Below, piece after piece: positions 25,948 to 37,460 of a DNA stretch of 64,000 bases. The stretch is from a cyanobacterium endosymbiont of Rhopalodia gibba. GTDB lineage: Bacteria; Cyanobacteriota; Cyanobacteriia; Cyanobacteriales; Microcystaceae. The position numbers and the translations under genes were made by a program. Below the pieces are notes generated by a model. That model saw nothing but the letters and a program-made list of their open reading frames with translations. It was not told the origin of the DNA and searched no databases. Numbering within the stretch: the stretch's first letter is position 1; each line of letters opens with the position of its first letter. The DNA lies in NCBI GenBank assembly GCA_045159875.1, contig CP067995.1, positions 480,001 to 544,000 on the forward strand. The letters are read 5' to 3'.

Positions 25948-27885
25948 ATGGTTTCCAATTCTTCGATCTTCCCTAAACTTTCTCGTCGTGCTGTCTTGAA
26001 ACTTTTAGGAATTGCATTACCTGGAGCAATATTAGGTTATTCTCGTTTTAGTAAACCCCAACCTTTTATCTATCAACAAGACGGCTTAAGTTTACCTTTT
26101 CGAGCAACTCAATCTAAATCTGTCGTCATAATTGGTGCAGGTTTAGCGGGATTAGCTTGTGCTTACGAATTAAGTCAACGAGGGTTTCGAGTAACTTTAT
26201 TAGAGAGAGCACCCAATCCAGGAGGTAAAATTGCCAGTTGGACAGTTCAAGTAGGTGGTGAAACTTTCAAAATGGAACATGGATTTCACGGGTTTTTCCC
26301 CCAGTATTATAACCTAAATAGTATTATTCAAGAATTGTCGATTACAAATAATTTTAAATCCTTAAAGTTTTATTCTCTTGTCTTCAAAGACAATATTTAT
26401 AGACCAGAAATTTTTTATCCAAGTCACTCAACTTTTCCCTGGAATATTATTGATCTTTGGTTTTTGTCTTCTAATCGTCTTCAATGGGGAATCAACTTAC
26501 TAAAACCCTCTCACTGGGAAGTTTTTCAAGCTATTGCAGGAGTTCAAATTCCTAAAACTTTTACAAAATTTGATAATATATCTGTGACTGAATGGGTGAA
26601 ACAAGGGTTTCCCAAAGGAATTTATAACTTATATTTTCTTCCCTTTGCTAAATCTACTTTAAATGCACCTGATATTTTGAGTGCAGGAGAATTATTGCAA
26701 TTTTTTCATTTTTATTTTTTTGGTAATCCTGAAGGTTTAGCTTTTAGTGGAACTAAAGATGATATGGGAACCAGTTTAGTTCAACCTTTTATTAAAGCAA
26801 TTGAAAAGAATGGGGGACAAGTTATTTCTGAAGGAATTGTTAATCAAATTATCTGTAACAACGAAAAAATTGTTTCTTTAACTTATCAACAGGGAAGCTC
26901 GCAAACTGAAGTTCCTTTTTGGGTAGAACGTAATGATTATTTGACTAATAGTCATGTAACATACTATGGTGCAGGTGATCAGGTTTTCATTGTTACTTCA
27001 AATCATCAAGAAGCAATTTCTTTAACGTGTACTCACCAAGGTTGTACGGTAAGTAGACAAACGGATGGAACTTTTTTATGTCCCTGTCATGGAACGTTAT
27101 ATGATGATCAAGGCAAAGTATTTAGAGGACCTGCAAAACAAAATTTACCCCGTTATAAAATAGACCAGCAGAAAAAAACATCAATTCAGTTAATTAGTGT
27201 TTCTACTTTATCTTTAAAAGAAGATAAAATGCTAGAAGCAGATTATTATGTTATGGCTACTGATGTGCCTGGAATTAAACAATTATGGGAGTTGGTAGAA
27301 GGAGATATTAATCCAAAAGTTACTCAACAAGTAGTAACTTTAACAACAGCTGATCCGTTTGCTGTTGCACGGTTCTGGTTTGACCAAGATTTTGAATGGA
27401 AATATAGTGATTTTACCTCTATTTCGGGATATAAACTAACCGATAGTATTACTCTTTATCACCATATTCAAAATCAGTTTATTGAGTGGTCAAAACACAC
27501 AGGAGGAAGTGTAATAGAGTTACACGCTTATTGTTATAAAGAAAAGGATTTTCCAAGTCAAGAATCTCTCTTGACAGCGTTTGAACAGGAATTATATGAA
27601 ATTGTTCCAAAATTAAAACAAGCTAACTGCTTAAATAGGGAATTAGTCAACCAGAAGAATTTTTCAGGTTATCCTCCTAATAGTTATAATGATCGTCTAA
27701 AAACTACAACAGAAATTCAAAATTTATACTTTGCTGGAGATTGGGTTAAAATGCCGTTTCCTTGTGGTTTAATGGAACGAGCAGTAAGTAGTGGACTTTT
27801 GGCTGCTAATGAAATTTTACATCAAGAAGGGTTACAAAGACGTACGTTGCTAACAGTTGCACCATCAGGATTGGTCAAAATCTAG
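25948..27885 (+). CDS. cruE: FAD-dependent carotenoid desaturase/methyltransferase with Rieske insert (CruE/CrtU type)
   Basis: Tat-like SRRAVLK, IIGAGLAGL FAD motif, EHGFHGFF, Rieske CTHQGC...CPCHG, FAGDWV..MERAV. Confidence 0.78.
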   Translation: MVSNSSIFPKLSRRAVLKLLGIALPGAILGYSRFSKPQPFIYQQDGLSLPFRATQSKSVVIIGAGLAGLACAYELSQRGFRVTLLERAPNPGGKIASWTVQVGGETFKMEHGFHGFFPQYYNLNSIIQELSITNNFKSLKFYSLVFKDNIYRPEIFYPSHSTFPWNIIDLWFLSSNRLQWGINLLKPSHWEVFQAIAGVQIPKTFTKFDNISVTEWVKQGFPKGIYNLYFLPFAKSTLNAPDILSAGELLQFFHFYFFGNPEGLAFSGTKDDMGTSLVQPFIKAIEKNGGQVISEGIVNQIICNNEKIVSLTYQQGSSQTEVPFWVERNDYLTNSHVTYYGAGDQVFIVTSNHQEAISLTCTHQGCTVSRQTDGTFLCPCHGTLYDDQGKVFRGPAKQNLPRYKIDQQKKTSIQLISVSTLSLKEDKMLEADYYVMATDVPGIKQLWELVEGDINPKVTQQVVTLTTADPFAVARFWFDQDFEWKYSDFTSISGYKLTDSITLYHHIQNQFIEWSKHTGGSVIELHAYCYKEKDFPSQESLLTAFEQELYEIVPKLKQANCLNRELVNQKNFSGYPPNSYNDRLKTTTEIQNLYFAGDWVKMPFPCGLMERAVSSGLLAANEILHQEGLQRRTLLTVAPSGLVKI

Positions 27886-28489
27886 AATTTTTTATTCCTT
27901 TTTTTATTTATATATTGTTCATAAACATTTTAATGAAAAGAGAATTAATAAGAATCTTTCTTGAGCATTTAATATCTAGCCTATTTCTCCTAATGTTTTA
28001 GAAAATTTTAAAAAAAATAGAAAAATAGATAAACTTACTAATTTAAGTCCAAGATTTTATTTAGCTAAAGAAAGAGAAATGAGTCACAGAGAATAGCAAG
28101 CATAAATCATAAGAAACATAAAGATATAATCTAGACTAAGTCGTCTAAAAAATTAAGATTGAGTTAACAAACAAATTACTATTGCTATTATTTGCATTGA
28201 ATAAGTTTAATTAAACTAACAATAATTTTTTCGCACTAAAGCTAATTAAACATTATAAGACTAAGTGAAATTGATCAACTAAAAACGAAGGATAAAAGTT
28301 GAATAATATTTAAACTAAGTTAAGAATTAGTCTGGAATTTATGTGAATTGATACCTCTATTAATTAATAGTTTTATTTTAGTGTCTTGTGCTAGTATATT
28401 TTTTGAATTTTTCAGTATTAGTTGATAGTTTATCTGTTTCTTGAAAAGTTATTAACATAGTGTTGTTTATTTTATGTCCGACTACTGAA

Positions 28490-29050
28490 TTTCTAGAGTT
28501 TGTAGACATCCTTCCCGGGGATATCACCAGACACCATTCCCTGAATACATAGGAAGAAGTAATAGTTGATTTAAATGGCTTTTACTTAAATTTATACTTT
28601 TCAACCTCATCTTATATTTTCCATTAAAAGACTTTCTATAGCAAAACGGGGAATTAGGCTCTTTGTGCCTAATTCAGGGTAAGTATAATCCCATCTTAAT
28701 TTAATAGGAAAACTGACAAGTTTACTGCCAAATCTTTGTACTGGGTACCCTTTTGGATAAAAGTCTTAGTGCCAAAAATAAGAGCATAGTTATCTCCTTC
28801 TGTCCAAAATACTATGAGCCAATTGTGTAACCCTGTCCAATCCGCTTTTCCATAGCTATATCTGGCTATAGAAATGACTTCATCCTCTGCTTGTTTAGCG
28901 AGAATTAAACTGTGATTGCTACTACCATTAGCTACGATCCAAATGTTTTTTAACCCTCTCTATATAGAGAGGGAATACCATCAATGATGATAGCTTCTTC
29001 ATTCCAAACAGGGATAACAACAAGAATATTCTCTATCCTGGTTCTATGAT
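28490..29050 (-). pseudogene. Glycosyltransferase family 2 remnant
   Basis: Minus strand IENILVVIPVWNEEAII...IWIVANGSSNHSLILAKQA..YGKA, with frameshifts and stops. Confidence 0.75.
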
Positions 29051-29186
29051 TAATATTCTTAACTTCAATCATCTCATTATCTCATCTAATTTTAAGCATC
29101 ACGTACTAGAATGTGGAGAGTAAGAATATATTAATATATTGAGTATCCATTATTAGAGTACACCCAAATTATTTCTAGAGAAAGTT

Positions 29187-29855
29187 ATGAAGCTAGTTGA
29201 TTTTCTCCTAATTATTCATCCGGTGACTGCTGTTATTTGTATCTTTCCTTTAATTGGTATTGTGTCTTATTTTGCTGGGCAAACCCGTCAAAAACGTTTA
29301 CAAATTTTAAATCATAATTTAAATAAGAAAAAAAGTGAAATTTTTCCATTAGTTGGACGAGAGCATGTTTTCATGGGACGTTGGTTATCAGGTTCGGTAG
29401 TTGGAGTTAGTTTGTTAGGATTAGCATATCCCATTGGGGAAAACATTATTAACAATCGACTTTGGTCAAATAATTTATTTTTCTTTCTTTTTATTTTGAC
29501 AATGTTTGCAGTTACCATTGCTGCTTTGGTAATTCTTCAACAAACACGACAGAAACATTGGCGAGTAGTTTTTGCAACTTTGACTGGAATAGGACTAGTG
29601 ATTTTAGGATTTCAAGACGGGGTATTCCGTCGAGATAGTCAATGGTACATGTCTCATTTCTATTTTGGGATTTTAGCTACTTTGCTGATGATTTTTTCTT
29701 TGGCTATCCTTGAAAATATTTATCAAGATTGTTCTAATCGTTGGCGTAGTGTTCACATTATTTTAAATTGTCTCGCTTTGTTATTATTTATAGCACAAGG
29801 TATAACAGGGATTAGAGATTTATTAGAAATTGGTAAATATAAACTTGGAGGATAA
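29187..29855 (+). CDS. DUF4079-like membrane protein
   Basis: 222 aa multi-TM protein with His-bearing helices (IHP, REHVFMG, SHFY, VHIILN..QGITGIRDLLEI). Confidence 0.75.
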   Translation: MKLVDFLLIIHPVTAVICIFPLIGIVSYFAGQTRQKRLQILNHNLNKKKSEIFPLVGREHVFMGRWLSGSVVGVSLLGLAYPIGENIINNRLWSNNLFFFLFILTMFAVTIAALVILQQTRQKHWRVVFATLTGIGLVILGFQDGVFRRDSQWYMSHFYFGILATLLMIFSLAILENIYQDCSNRWRSVHIILNCLALLLFIAQGITGIRDLLEIGKYKLGG

Positions 29856-29859
29856 TTCT

Positions 29860-30147
29860 GAATTAAATCTAGAAAAATTATTCAGGACAGAACGATTTTA
29901 TGAGGTGAAAATTGTACTTAAATTCAGATATAGTTTTGGATATAAGGCATTAGGTTGTATCAAAAACAACTTTGAGGTAGAAAACACAGTTATCGCGCGC
30001 TTTATGAATTATTTCGATAACTTTCTCATCTTCAATCACGCCATACATATGGTCTTTGTCTCCAGGATTAAAAATTATCTCACCAGGGGAATAGATTGCT
30101 TTTGGTTAAAATTTAAAAAGTCGAACAGTTTACACTAGATTCAACAT
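29860..30147 (-). pseudogene. Cyclic nucleotide-binding domain protein remnant
   Basis: Minus strand MLNLV*TVRLF...YSPGEIIFNPGDKDHMYGVIEDEKVIEIIHK. Confidence 0.65.
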
Positions 30148-30747
30148 GATTTGAACCTTAACTTAAATAATAAACGTCGAATTGAGAGTAAACATGAAAG
30201 TTAAGAAAAAGTTTGGTATTATCAATAATCTCTAAGTGAATTGTGACATAATGACTTCATGTTGACCCCCATTAAAACTGTATCTTAACTATTTGGTTAG
30301 GTTTTTACTAAGTTTGACAATCATTTTTTTAGTATGTAATTTGGTATCAACAGTAGAAACAGAGTCTTAAGAACATGGAAAAGGATTATTTCCCATCAAT
30401 TTCATAGAGTTTTTCTTATAACTCCTTGACTGTGACCTCTTCAGTGCCAAATTCTGTGCCACTTACAAAATTACTACTGGTTATTTTGTAATAAGACTGC
30501 AAATATCTGAAATAGTTATAAATTTCAATAACAACTGATAATACTGAATAGTCTGTGCTCACAAATTCTTGCCGTTTATTCTTGATGCTAATCAATTTAA
30601 GTACATAATATAATCTCCCTTAGAACCTCACACCTTGTCTTATATTTATATAGCAAATCACAAAAAAAAATGGACCATATTTTATTTTTTTATGAAAAAT
30701 TCTTTTCCGAAACAAATAAAAAATACTACAGAAGCCAGTGGACTATT

Positions 30748-31278
30748 TTAATTGAGAATCCGTACATCAATAGTACTAGTGTTAAAGTTATAATCTTTTC
30801 CTTCTAATTCAATTAACGTACCAATTTTAACCTTTTGATTTCCTAACACTGCCCCTGTGTCCGTAATGTAGGCTTCTCCTCCCAAGGTCAAAATCATATC
30901 CTTAAAAAATACGACTTCTGGTCTAGGATCGGGAAGTGCTTTGACAGATCCATCAGGTTGAGGAACTACTGTTGTACGGGGAAGGGGCTGAATATCTTTA
31001 ACATAAACTTCCCCCGCTGGTTGATTACGAATAACAATATTAGTTTTTTTCGCGTTTTCAAATTGTTGAATTAACGACTCAGGATTGCGCACTCCTAAAC
31101 CTCGAACAATAACATCAACTTCGATAGGTTTCTTTGATGCTTGCGCGATGGTATTCACCCCTGATTTTCCAGGAACAATAAAAATACCGATAATCACCAA
31201 GAAAATAATGAAGGCCGCACCAAGATCCAAAATACTAACTTTAGCGAATAAACGTCCTTTAGAATCTAATAGCTTCAT
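30748..31278 (-). CDS. DUF4330 family protein
   Basis: MKLLDSKGRLFAKVSILD N-terminus, a TM helix and IRNQP motif. Confidence 0.85.
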   Translation of the reverse strand: MKLLDSKGRLFAKVSILDLGAAFIIFLVIIGIFIVPGKSGVNTIAQASKKPIEVDVIVRGLGVRNPESLIQQFENAKKTNIVIRNQPAGEVYVKDIQPLPRTTVVPQPDGSVKALPDPRPEVVFFKDMILTLGGEAYITDTGAVLGNQKVKIGTLIELEGKDYNFNTSTIDVRILN

Positions 31279-31496
31279 AATAAGATAGTTAATTTAGAGT
31301 TCAATTAGGTCAAAATCAAGAATTTGTATAAAAACTTGTTTTAGGATATCTAGTCCAACATGTTACAAGCCGAGGCAATTCTACCATAGTATTTGACTAT
31401 ATTTTACTAAGCAGACACAACGACAGGTTGAAAGTATCCCACATTCTCTTAGGATTGATATCCTAAATAATAAGAACAAACTGTTAATTTGAATCT

Positions 31497-32135
31497 ATGC
31501 AGCCCCAATCTTTCTCTCAATCTCCCGTTTCTATTCCTTTCTCTACTCGCAGTGCTTTCGTCAGACGCACCACCAAGGAAACCGATGTGATAGTATCCCT
31601 AAATTTGGATGGTCAGGGAATTTGTCATGCAGCAACGGGAATTCCTTTTTTAGACCATATGATTAATCAAATTGCTTCTCATGGGTTAATTGATTTAGAT
31701 GTAAAGGCTACAGGAGATTTAGGAATTGATGATCACCATACTAATGAAGATGTAGGCATTACCCTTGGTCAAGCATTAGCCGAAGCGTTAGGCGATCGCA
31801 AGGGAATAACCCGGTTTGGACATTTTATCGCCCCTTTAGATGAAGCGTTAATTCAAGTAGCTTTAGATTTTTCGGGACGACCTCATTTGAATTATGGGTT
31901 AGAAATTCTCACCCAACGAGTAGGGACCTATGATACTCAACTAGTCCGTGAATTTTTTGTAGCATTGGTTAATCACAGCCAAATAACTTTACATATTCGT
32001 CAATTAGATGGTATTAATTCTCACCATATTATCGAGGCAACTTTTAAAGCCTTTGCGAGATCAATGCGGATGGCTTTAGAAATTGATCTCCGTTGTTCCC
32101 ATACTGTTCCTAGTTCTAAGGGAATGTTAGTTTGA
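31497..32135 (+). CDS. hisB: Imidazoleglycerol-phosphate dehydratase
   Basis: DDHHTNED and [11 protein letters not shown] motifs. Confidence 0.98.
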   Translation: MQPQSFSQSPVSIPFSTRSAFVRRTTKETDVIVSLNLDGQGICHAATGIPFLDHMINQIASHGLIDLDVKATGDLGIDDHHTNEDVGITLGQALAEALGDRKGITRFGHFIAPLDEALIQVALDFSGRPHLNYGLEILTQRVGTYDTQLVREFFVALVNHSQITLHIRQLDGINSHHIIEATFKAFARSMRMALEIDLRCSHTVPSSKGMLV

Positions 32136-32138
32136 GAT

Positions 32139-32184
32139 TGGATTTCTTATCAAAAATCACTAGTGATTTTTGATAAGAAATCCA
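32139..32184. repeat. Perfect 46-bp palindrome with no spacer; possible terminator
   Basis: tggatttcttatcaaaaatcact|agtgatttttgataagaaatcca, starting 4 nt after the hisB stop. Confidence 0.9.
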
Positions 32185-32189
32185 CGGTT

Positions 32190-33150
32190 TTTAAATGACC
32201 TAAATGTTGTCAAGTTCAAAGAAAAATTTATCAATAGTTCTTTAACGGTTGTCTTTCCCATTACACTCTCTCTCGCAGGGACTAGTATTCTAAATTGGTG
32301 AAATTGAGGAACTGATAATCATAATTGAGTAAACTCTGACTAGGTTAACCATGGAGATACGGATGAAGTTAAGGAATTAAGGAATTGTAGTTAATACTAA
32401 CTTATCCTTTGACCAATCCATTTTTATTAACGATGGTCTTTCTAAGAAAAATGTATAATGGGTAATATTTTCTAGAGCAAGTAATTATGTAAATTAATAT
32501 GGTTGGTAATTACTTAAATCATTTGACCATTTTGTTAAATCTTCAGTATTTTTAATTAATTTTTATGATTTCTAATATTAAGGATTATCAAAACCTTATC
32601 TTTGCAGTCTTCTTCTTTGTCTCTTCGCAGAAAGGTAATCAGCTGTTGTATCAATTGAATTTCCTAACGTTCTAATTCTGCATAAACAAAAATATAAAAA
32701 ATTTCTCCTGGGTCCAGTTTTTAGATATGGCTTAAATTTCAACGATGGTATTAGGTAAATGCTTAAGTCCCCCCACACAATTAATCTGAATTCTTCTGGT
32801 AGTTATGCAATATCTATTAATTTTAAATGTTTAAAATTAACAGATACTTTATTTTTAGCAGCCACTCCTGACTTGTAACAACGTTCCTGGGCAATTCCTC
32901 AGGCTTTTTTACTCAAATCAATTCCTACAATATTAGTATTGGGGTTCAGCATAATTAAATACCCGGTTCTTACCCCTGTTCTATACTCTACATCATAAGA
33001 TACAAACTTCTTGTATAGAAGATTTTGGTACAGGAACAAAATCGTCAATTATACCTAGGTGGCGGTTCATCATAATAAGGGTTTAGTAAGAAAGGGATAG
33101 ATTTTATAAAGAAGTTGAAAGACGCAACTTTCCTGAGATTACTGAGATTA
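32190..33150 (-). pseudogene. Class I SAM-dependent methyltransferase remnant
   Basis: Fragments DEPPPRYN*R, NIVGIDLSKKA*GIAQERC, IFVYAELER*EIQL, SQSLLNYDYQ match a conserved cyanobacterial methyltransferase. Confidence 0.75.
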
Positions 33151-33225
33151 CCAATAGGTCTTTTAAAGAATGGGGGAGATGGGGTAAAAGGAAAGGAAGT
33201 TGACCTTTGACTTTTACATAGCGTT

Positions 33226-34854
33226 TTACTCCCATTCAATGGTCCCAGGGGGTTTAGAAGTAATGTCATAAACGACACGATTAACCCCTTCAACTTCATT
33301 CACAATGCGGTTTGAGATACTTTCAAGTAAGTCGTAGGGAACCCTGGCCCAATCGGCGGTCATCCCGTCTTCACTGGTAATCAACCGTAAAACAATAGGA
33401 TGAGCATAGGTGCGTTGATCTCCCATCACTCCTACACTTCGCACCGGTAAAAGTACAGCAAATGCTTGCCACAACTCATGATACATCCCATTTTTAGTAA
33501 TTTCATCACGCACGATAAAATCTGCATCCCGCATTAAATTAAGACTTTCAGAAGTCACTTCCCCCAGGATGCGAATGGCTAACCCAGGTCCAGGAAAGGG
33601 ATGACGGCGGACAATTTCTTCAGGTAAGCCTATCACCCGGCCAAGTTTACGAACTTCATCTTTGAACAGTTTGCGTAGAGGTTCTACCAATTTAAAGCGG
33701 AGATTTTTGGGAAGTCCTCCTACATTGTGATGGCTTTTAATTTTAACAGCTACCCGTTCTCCCGTTTTTGGATCAACATTACTGTCAGCAGATTCAATCA
33801 CATCAGGGTAGAGAGTTCCTTGAGCTAGATAATCAAAAGGTCCCAGGCGATCTGACTCTTCTTCGAAAACTTGAATAAATTCGTGTCCAATGAGACGTCG
33901 TTTGGTTTCGGGATCAGTGACATCTCTAAGTTGTGCTAAAAATCGGTCTCTGGCGTTTACATACTCAACACTAATATGAAACTCCTTATTAAAGATGTCC
34001 ACTAATCTTTCGGGTTCTCCTTTTCGCATAAACCCTTGATCAATGAACATACAAGTCAGTTGATTTCCGATGGCACGATGGAGAAGAAAAGCTAAGGTGG
34101 ACGAATCTACTCCACCAGAGAGAGCTAATAAAACTCGCTTATCTTTGACTTTAGCACGAATCTCTCGAATAGATTCGTCAATAAAGGCTTCGGTTGTCCA
34201 AATCGGTTCACATTGACAGATATGATAGACAAAGTTGCGAATTAGGGCAATTCCCCCCACGGAATGAACAACTTCTGGGTGAAATTGAACCCCGAAAAGT
34301 TTCTTTTGATGATCTGCAATCGCAGCGCAAGGAGTATTATCGGTGTGGGCTAAAATTTCAAAACCTTCGGGGAGTTGAGTACAGGAGTCACCATGACTCA
34401 TCCACATGGTCGTACCTTCTTCAACGTTGGTAAGTAAATTTGTGGGATCATCGATATGTAGGGACGCTTTGCCATATTCTCCTTTTTTTGCCCTTTCTAC
34501 TTGCCCTCCTAATTGTTGAACCATAAGTTGCATTCCGTAGCAAACCCCTAGGATAGGGATACCTAGGTGAAAGATTTTGGGCTCACATTGAGGGGCGCGG
34601 CTGTCATAGACAGAATTAGGTCCTCCTGACAGAATAATTCCTTGGGGATTTAGCTGACTTATTTCTTCAACTGTAGTTCTATAAGATAGAACTTCTGAGT
34701 AAACTTCTGTTTCACGAATACGACGGGCAATTAATTCTGAATATTGGGAACCAAAGTCCAGAATAACTATAATTTGGCGATTTAGCTTGTCTTCGACGGG
34801 CTTTGTTGACAAAGTCTCTGTAGGTTGGGTTAGATCAGGCGTTTGGGTAGTCAC
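33226..34854 (-). CDS. guaA: GMP synthase (glutamine-hydrolysing)
   Basis: [30 protein letters not shown]; probable GTG start at 34854. Confidence 0.98.
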   Translation of the reverse strand: MTTQTPDLTQPTETLSTKPVEDKLNRQIIVILDFGSQYSELIARRIRETEVYSEVLSYRTTVEEISQLNPQGIILSGGPNSVYDSRAPQCEPKIFHLGIPILGVCYGMQLMVQQLGGQVERAKKGEYGKASLHIDDPTNLLTNVEEGTTMWMSHGDSCTQLPEGFEILAHTDNTPCAAIADHQKKLFGVQFHPEVVHSVGGIALIRNFVYHICQCEPIWTTEAFIDESIREIRAKVKDKRVLLALSGGVDSSTLAFLLHRAIGNQLTCMFIDQGFMRKGEPERLVDIFNKEFHISVEYVNARDRFLAQLRDVTDPETKRRLIGHEFIQVFEEESDRLGPFDYLAQGTLYPDVIESADSNVDPKTGERVAVKIKSHHNVGGLPKNLRFKLVEPLRKLFKDEVRKLGRVIGLPEEIVRRHPFPGPGLAIRILGEVTSESLNLMRDADFIVRDEITKNGMYHELWQAFAVLLPVRSVGVMGDQRTYAHPIVLRLITSEDGMTADWARVPYDLLESISNRIVNEVEGVNRVVYDITSKPPGTIEWE

Positions 34855-35086
34855 GTTTAAGGCGATTTTGTACAATAAGGACTAACAGTTGCAAGTTGCT
34901 AAAATTGACTGAAAAATGAGCTGACAATTGATTTTTTTTAGATGACGATAATCAAGAGTTACATTTGGACTGTTTTAATCATTAATTCTATCATTACAAG
35001 TTGTTTAAAACCTCGATTTTTATCAAAATCGAGAGGAGTCTTTATTTTGATGTATTACGATTATCTAGTTGAAAATCATTTGTTTT

Positions 35087-36181
35087 TTATAGTTCGAGGC
35101 GTGCACAATTATCGATTAAGGCAGGAGTTCCGTCGGGTTTAACTGAGCCAAATTTTTGGAAATAATAGCGGATTTCTGTAGGAAATTCAGGAAAATCGAA
35201 TAAGTTATCTCCTTCAGCAATATCAGCCCAGAAATATTTTAAAGAAGGAACTAATTTTTCAGCTTCTTTCATAGATATTTCAAAAGGTGAAGCAATCAAT
35301 AATTTGAGCATGAAAGGAAAAGAGCGCTCTCCAAGTAGCTGACGAGACATTGTGGTCAAATTCTCCCAACCAGGGACTTTATCGACTCGATGGGATTTAA
35401 TATTAAGATTGATATTGTTTTGATATGTTCGTTCAACTTCTATAATTCGATAGGGATGGGGATAACTAACCAAAGAACCAGTCGTAATTTCGTAAATATT
35501 ATTATGATAAGCGATATCTTGAATGTGCAAATGACCGGTAAAAATAAGCTGACAACCTGTATTTTTCAACAGCTCTAATAACAAAGAGGCATTGTCCAGC
35601 ATATAGCGTTTACCTAGGGGGTGATTTGCCTGTCTTGGTAAATGTTCAACAACATTATGATGAATTATTATCAAAATTAATTGGTCTTTAAGTTGAGGAA
35701 GTAATTTTTCTAACCAGGTTAATTGTTTTTCATCTAAACAACCTAATTGTTTCCCATCTTCATTAAATTTATTAGAATTAAGTCCAATTAATTGGACTCC
35801 TGGCAAAACTTCATGAGTATAGTAACATTGATGACTATTACTGTAACCATGAGAACGATAGTACTTGGGAAACTCTCGAAGACCAATAGTGTTTTGTGTT
35901 GAATACAAGGTAGGAATATCATGGTTACCAGGAACAACATATACTGGAAACGGTAAGAGCGCCAAACGTTGTTGCAACCAATAATGGTTATCAGGTTCTC
36001 CATCCTGAGTTAAATCCCCTGGAATTAAGAGAAAATCCAGATCAAGTTGTTCTAAATGACTAAAGACCTTTTCTATAGCTAAAATACCGATCTCTACTAT
36101 AGAAAAGCGGGTATGGTCATGGTTTATGGTGTAGGGAACTGCTAAATGGGGATCACTGATAATGGCAAAGCGAAATTTCAT
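35087..36181 (-). CDS. Calcineurin-like metallophosphoesterase
   Basis: SDPH, GDLT, PGNHD, GHLH motifs. Confidence 0.9.
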   Translation of the reverse strand: MKFRFAIISDPHLAVPYTINHDHTRFSIVEIGILAIEKVFSHLEQLDLDFLLIPGDLTQDGEPDNHYWLQQRLALLPFPVYVVPGNHDIPTLYSTQNTIGLREFPKYYRSHGYSNSHQCYYTHEVLPGVQLIGLNSNKFNEDGKQLGCLDEKQLTWLEKLLPQLKDQLILIIIHHNVVEHLPRQANHPLGKRYMLDNASLLLELLKNTGCQLIFTGHLHIQDIAYHNNIYEITTGSLVSYPHPYRIIEVERTYQNNINLNIKSHRVDKVPGWENLTTMSRQLLGERSFPFMLKLLIASPFEISMKEAEKLVPSLKYFWADIAEGDNLFDFPEFPTEIRYYFQKFGSVKPDGTPALIDNCARLEL

Positions 36182-36237
36182 ACACTATAACAATGGTAGA
36201 GTCTTCTTTTTATAGAAAAGTATAGGAGGGATTCATT

Positions 36238-36903
36238 TTGAGACGAGTTCGTGTTCGTCAACACGTTAATCCATTTAGTGATAAATATCGCCAACCAATC
36301 GCACTTCCTCATTGGAAAGATATTTACGGCAACCTAGTACAACCGCTTCATTTGGATATTGGATGTGCAAGGGGAAAGTTTTTATTAAAAATGGCGTCTT
36401 TGTATCCAAAGACGAATTTCTTAGGAATAGAAATTCGAGAACCGTTAGTGACAGAAGCTAATGAACACCGCGATCGCTTAGGACTGACAAATCTTCATTT
36501 CCTCTTCTGTAATATTAACCTATTTTTGAATTATTTACTTGCTTCCTTGCACTCAGATGTTCTTCAATGGGTGACAATTCAATTTCCAGATCCTTGGTTT
36601 AAACATCGTCACCTAAAACGGCGGATTGTGCAACCAGAATTGGTCGATACGTTAGCACAATATTTAGCCGATGGAGGAACAGTATTTTTGCAATCTGATA
36701 TAGAAATAGTTGCTCAAGAAATGGGGGAACGATTTTTAGATTCTCCTAATTTTAAAAAACAACATTCAGAAAAATGGTTGCCGGAAAACCCATTTTCTGT
36801 TGCTACAGAAAGAGAAGTTGCTTCTCTTAATAAGGGAAAATCTATTTATCGATTGTTGCTAAAAAAATCGAATAAACTAGTTCCTCTTTATTGGACGTTA
36901 TAA
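36238..36903 (+). CDS. trmB: tRNA (guanine-N7)-methyltransferase
   Basis: RVRQHVNP, LDIGCARG, FPDPWFK, TERE motifs. Confidence 0.96.
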   Translation: MRRVRVRQHVNPFSDKYRQPIALPHWKDIYGNLVQPLHLDIGCARGKFLLKMASLYPKTNFLGIEIREPLVTEANEHRDRLGLTNLHFLFCNINLFLNYLLASLHSDVLQWVTIQFPDPWFKHRHLKRRIVQPELVDTLAQYLADGGTVFLQSDIEIVAQEMGERFLDSPNFKKQHSEKWLPENPFSVATEREVASLNKGKSIYRLLLKKSNKLVPLYWTL

Positions 36904-36996
36904 AACAATGAAAAAAATAGTATAAGTATAAATCCTTTTGTATATCAACAGAACAGACATCTACTCATAAGGAACAAACATTTACTCATAAGGGAC

Positions 36997-37042
36997 AATG
37001 ATAAAAAATATTCTCTTATATAAGAAAATATTTTTTATCATT
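36997..37042. repeat. 46-bp palindrome with one mismatch, preceded by a ~21-bp tandem duplication
   Basis: aatgataaaaaatattctcttat|ataagaaaatattttttatcatt; upstream acatctactcataaggaacaa is followed by acatttactcataagggacaa. Confidence 0.85.
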
Positions 37043-37099
37043 AAGATTAGTCCTTCAATTTAAATAGAATTTAACCCATTACTTGATTTCATTAATCAT

Positions 37100-37460
37100 A
37101 TAATTAATTGTTATGGTGTACAAGTAGCTATCTATCATCTTATCAGTCAAGATAAAATATTGATAGAATATTAAAAATATCCTCAGTTTTAGTGAAGCTC
37201 TATCAAATAAAAGAGGAAATAAGAAAAATTGAAAACCTCAAAAAATAAGTAATTAGGCTTTTGAAGATTTGTTATACAGTAGACAGATTTACAAAATTAC
37301 CTGAAATTTTATTAATCTAACTCCATAAAAAGTAGGGGAAAAAATCAATTTAAAAATCAAATTAATTACGAAGATCAGCTAATGGCTTAACTGACTTTGA
37401 TTATTTTAGAGATAGAGTTTTATTAAACAAATATTTATCCTACTAATTTATGATACTTAA
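37100..37460 (+). mobile_element. ISL3-family transposase C-terminal remnant
   Basis: KINLKIKLI..NGLTDFDYFRDRVLL resembles the ISL3 C-terminus (GINNKIKLIKR..YGF.NF..FR.R.L). Confidence 0.6.

Noticed and set aside
29830..30138. 102-aa plus-strand ORF; likewise those at 39691, 53058 and 53766
   Set aside because: Each is antisense to a recognisable pseudogene (cNMP-binding, GGDEF, ALDH).
36953..37042. Possible CRISPR mini-array
   Set aside because: Only two adjacent ~21-bp units, with no spacers and no cas genes.
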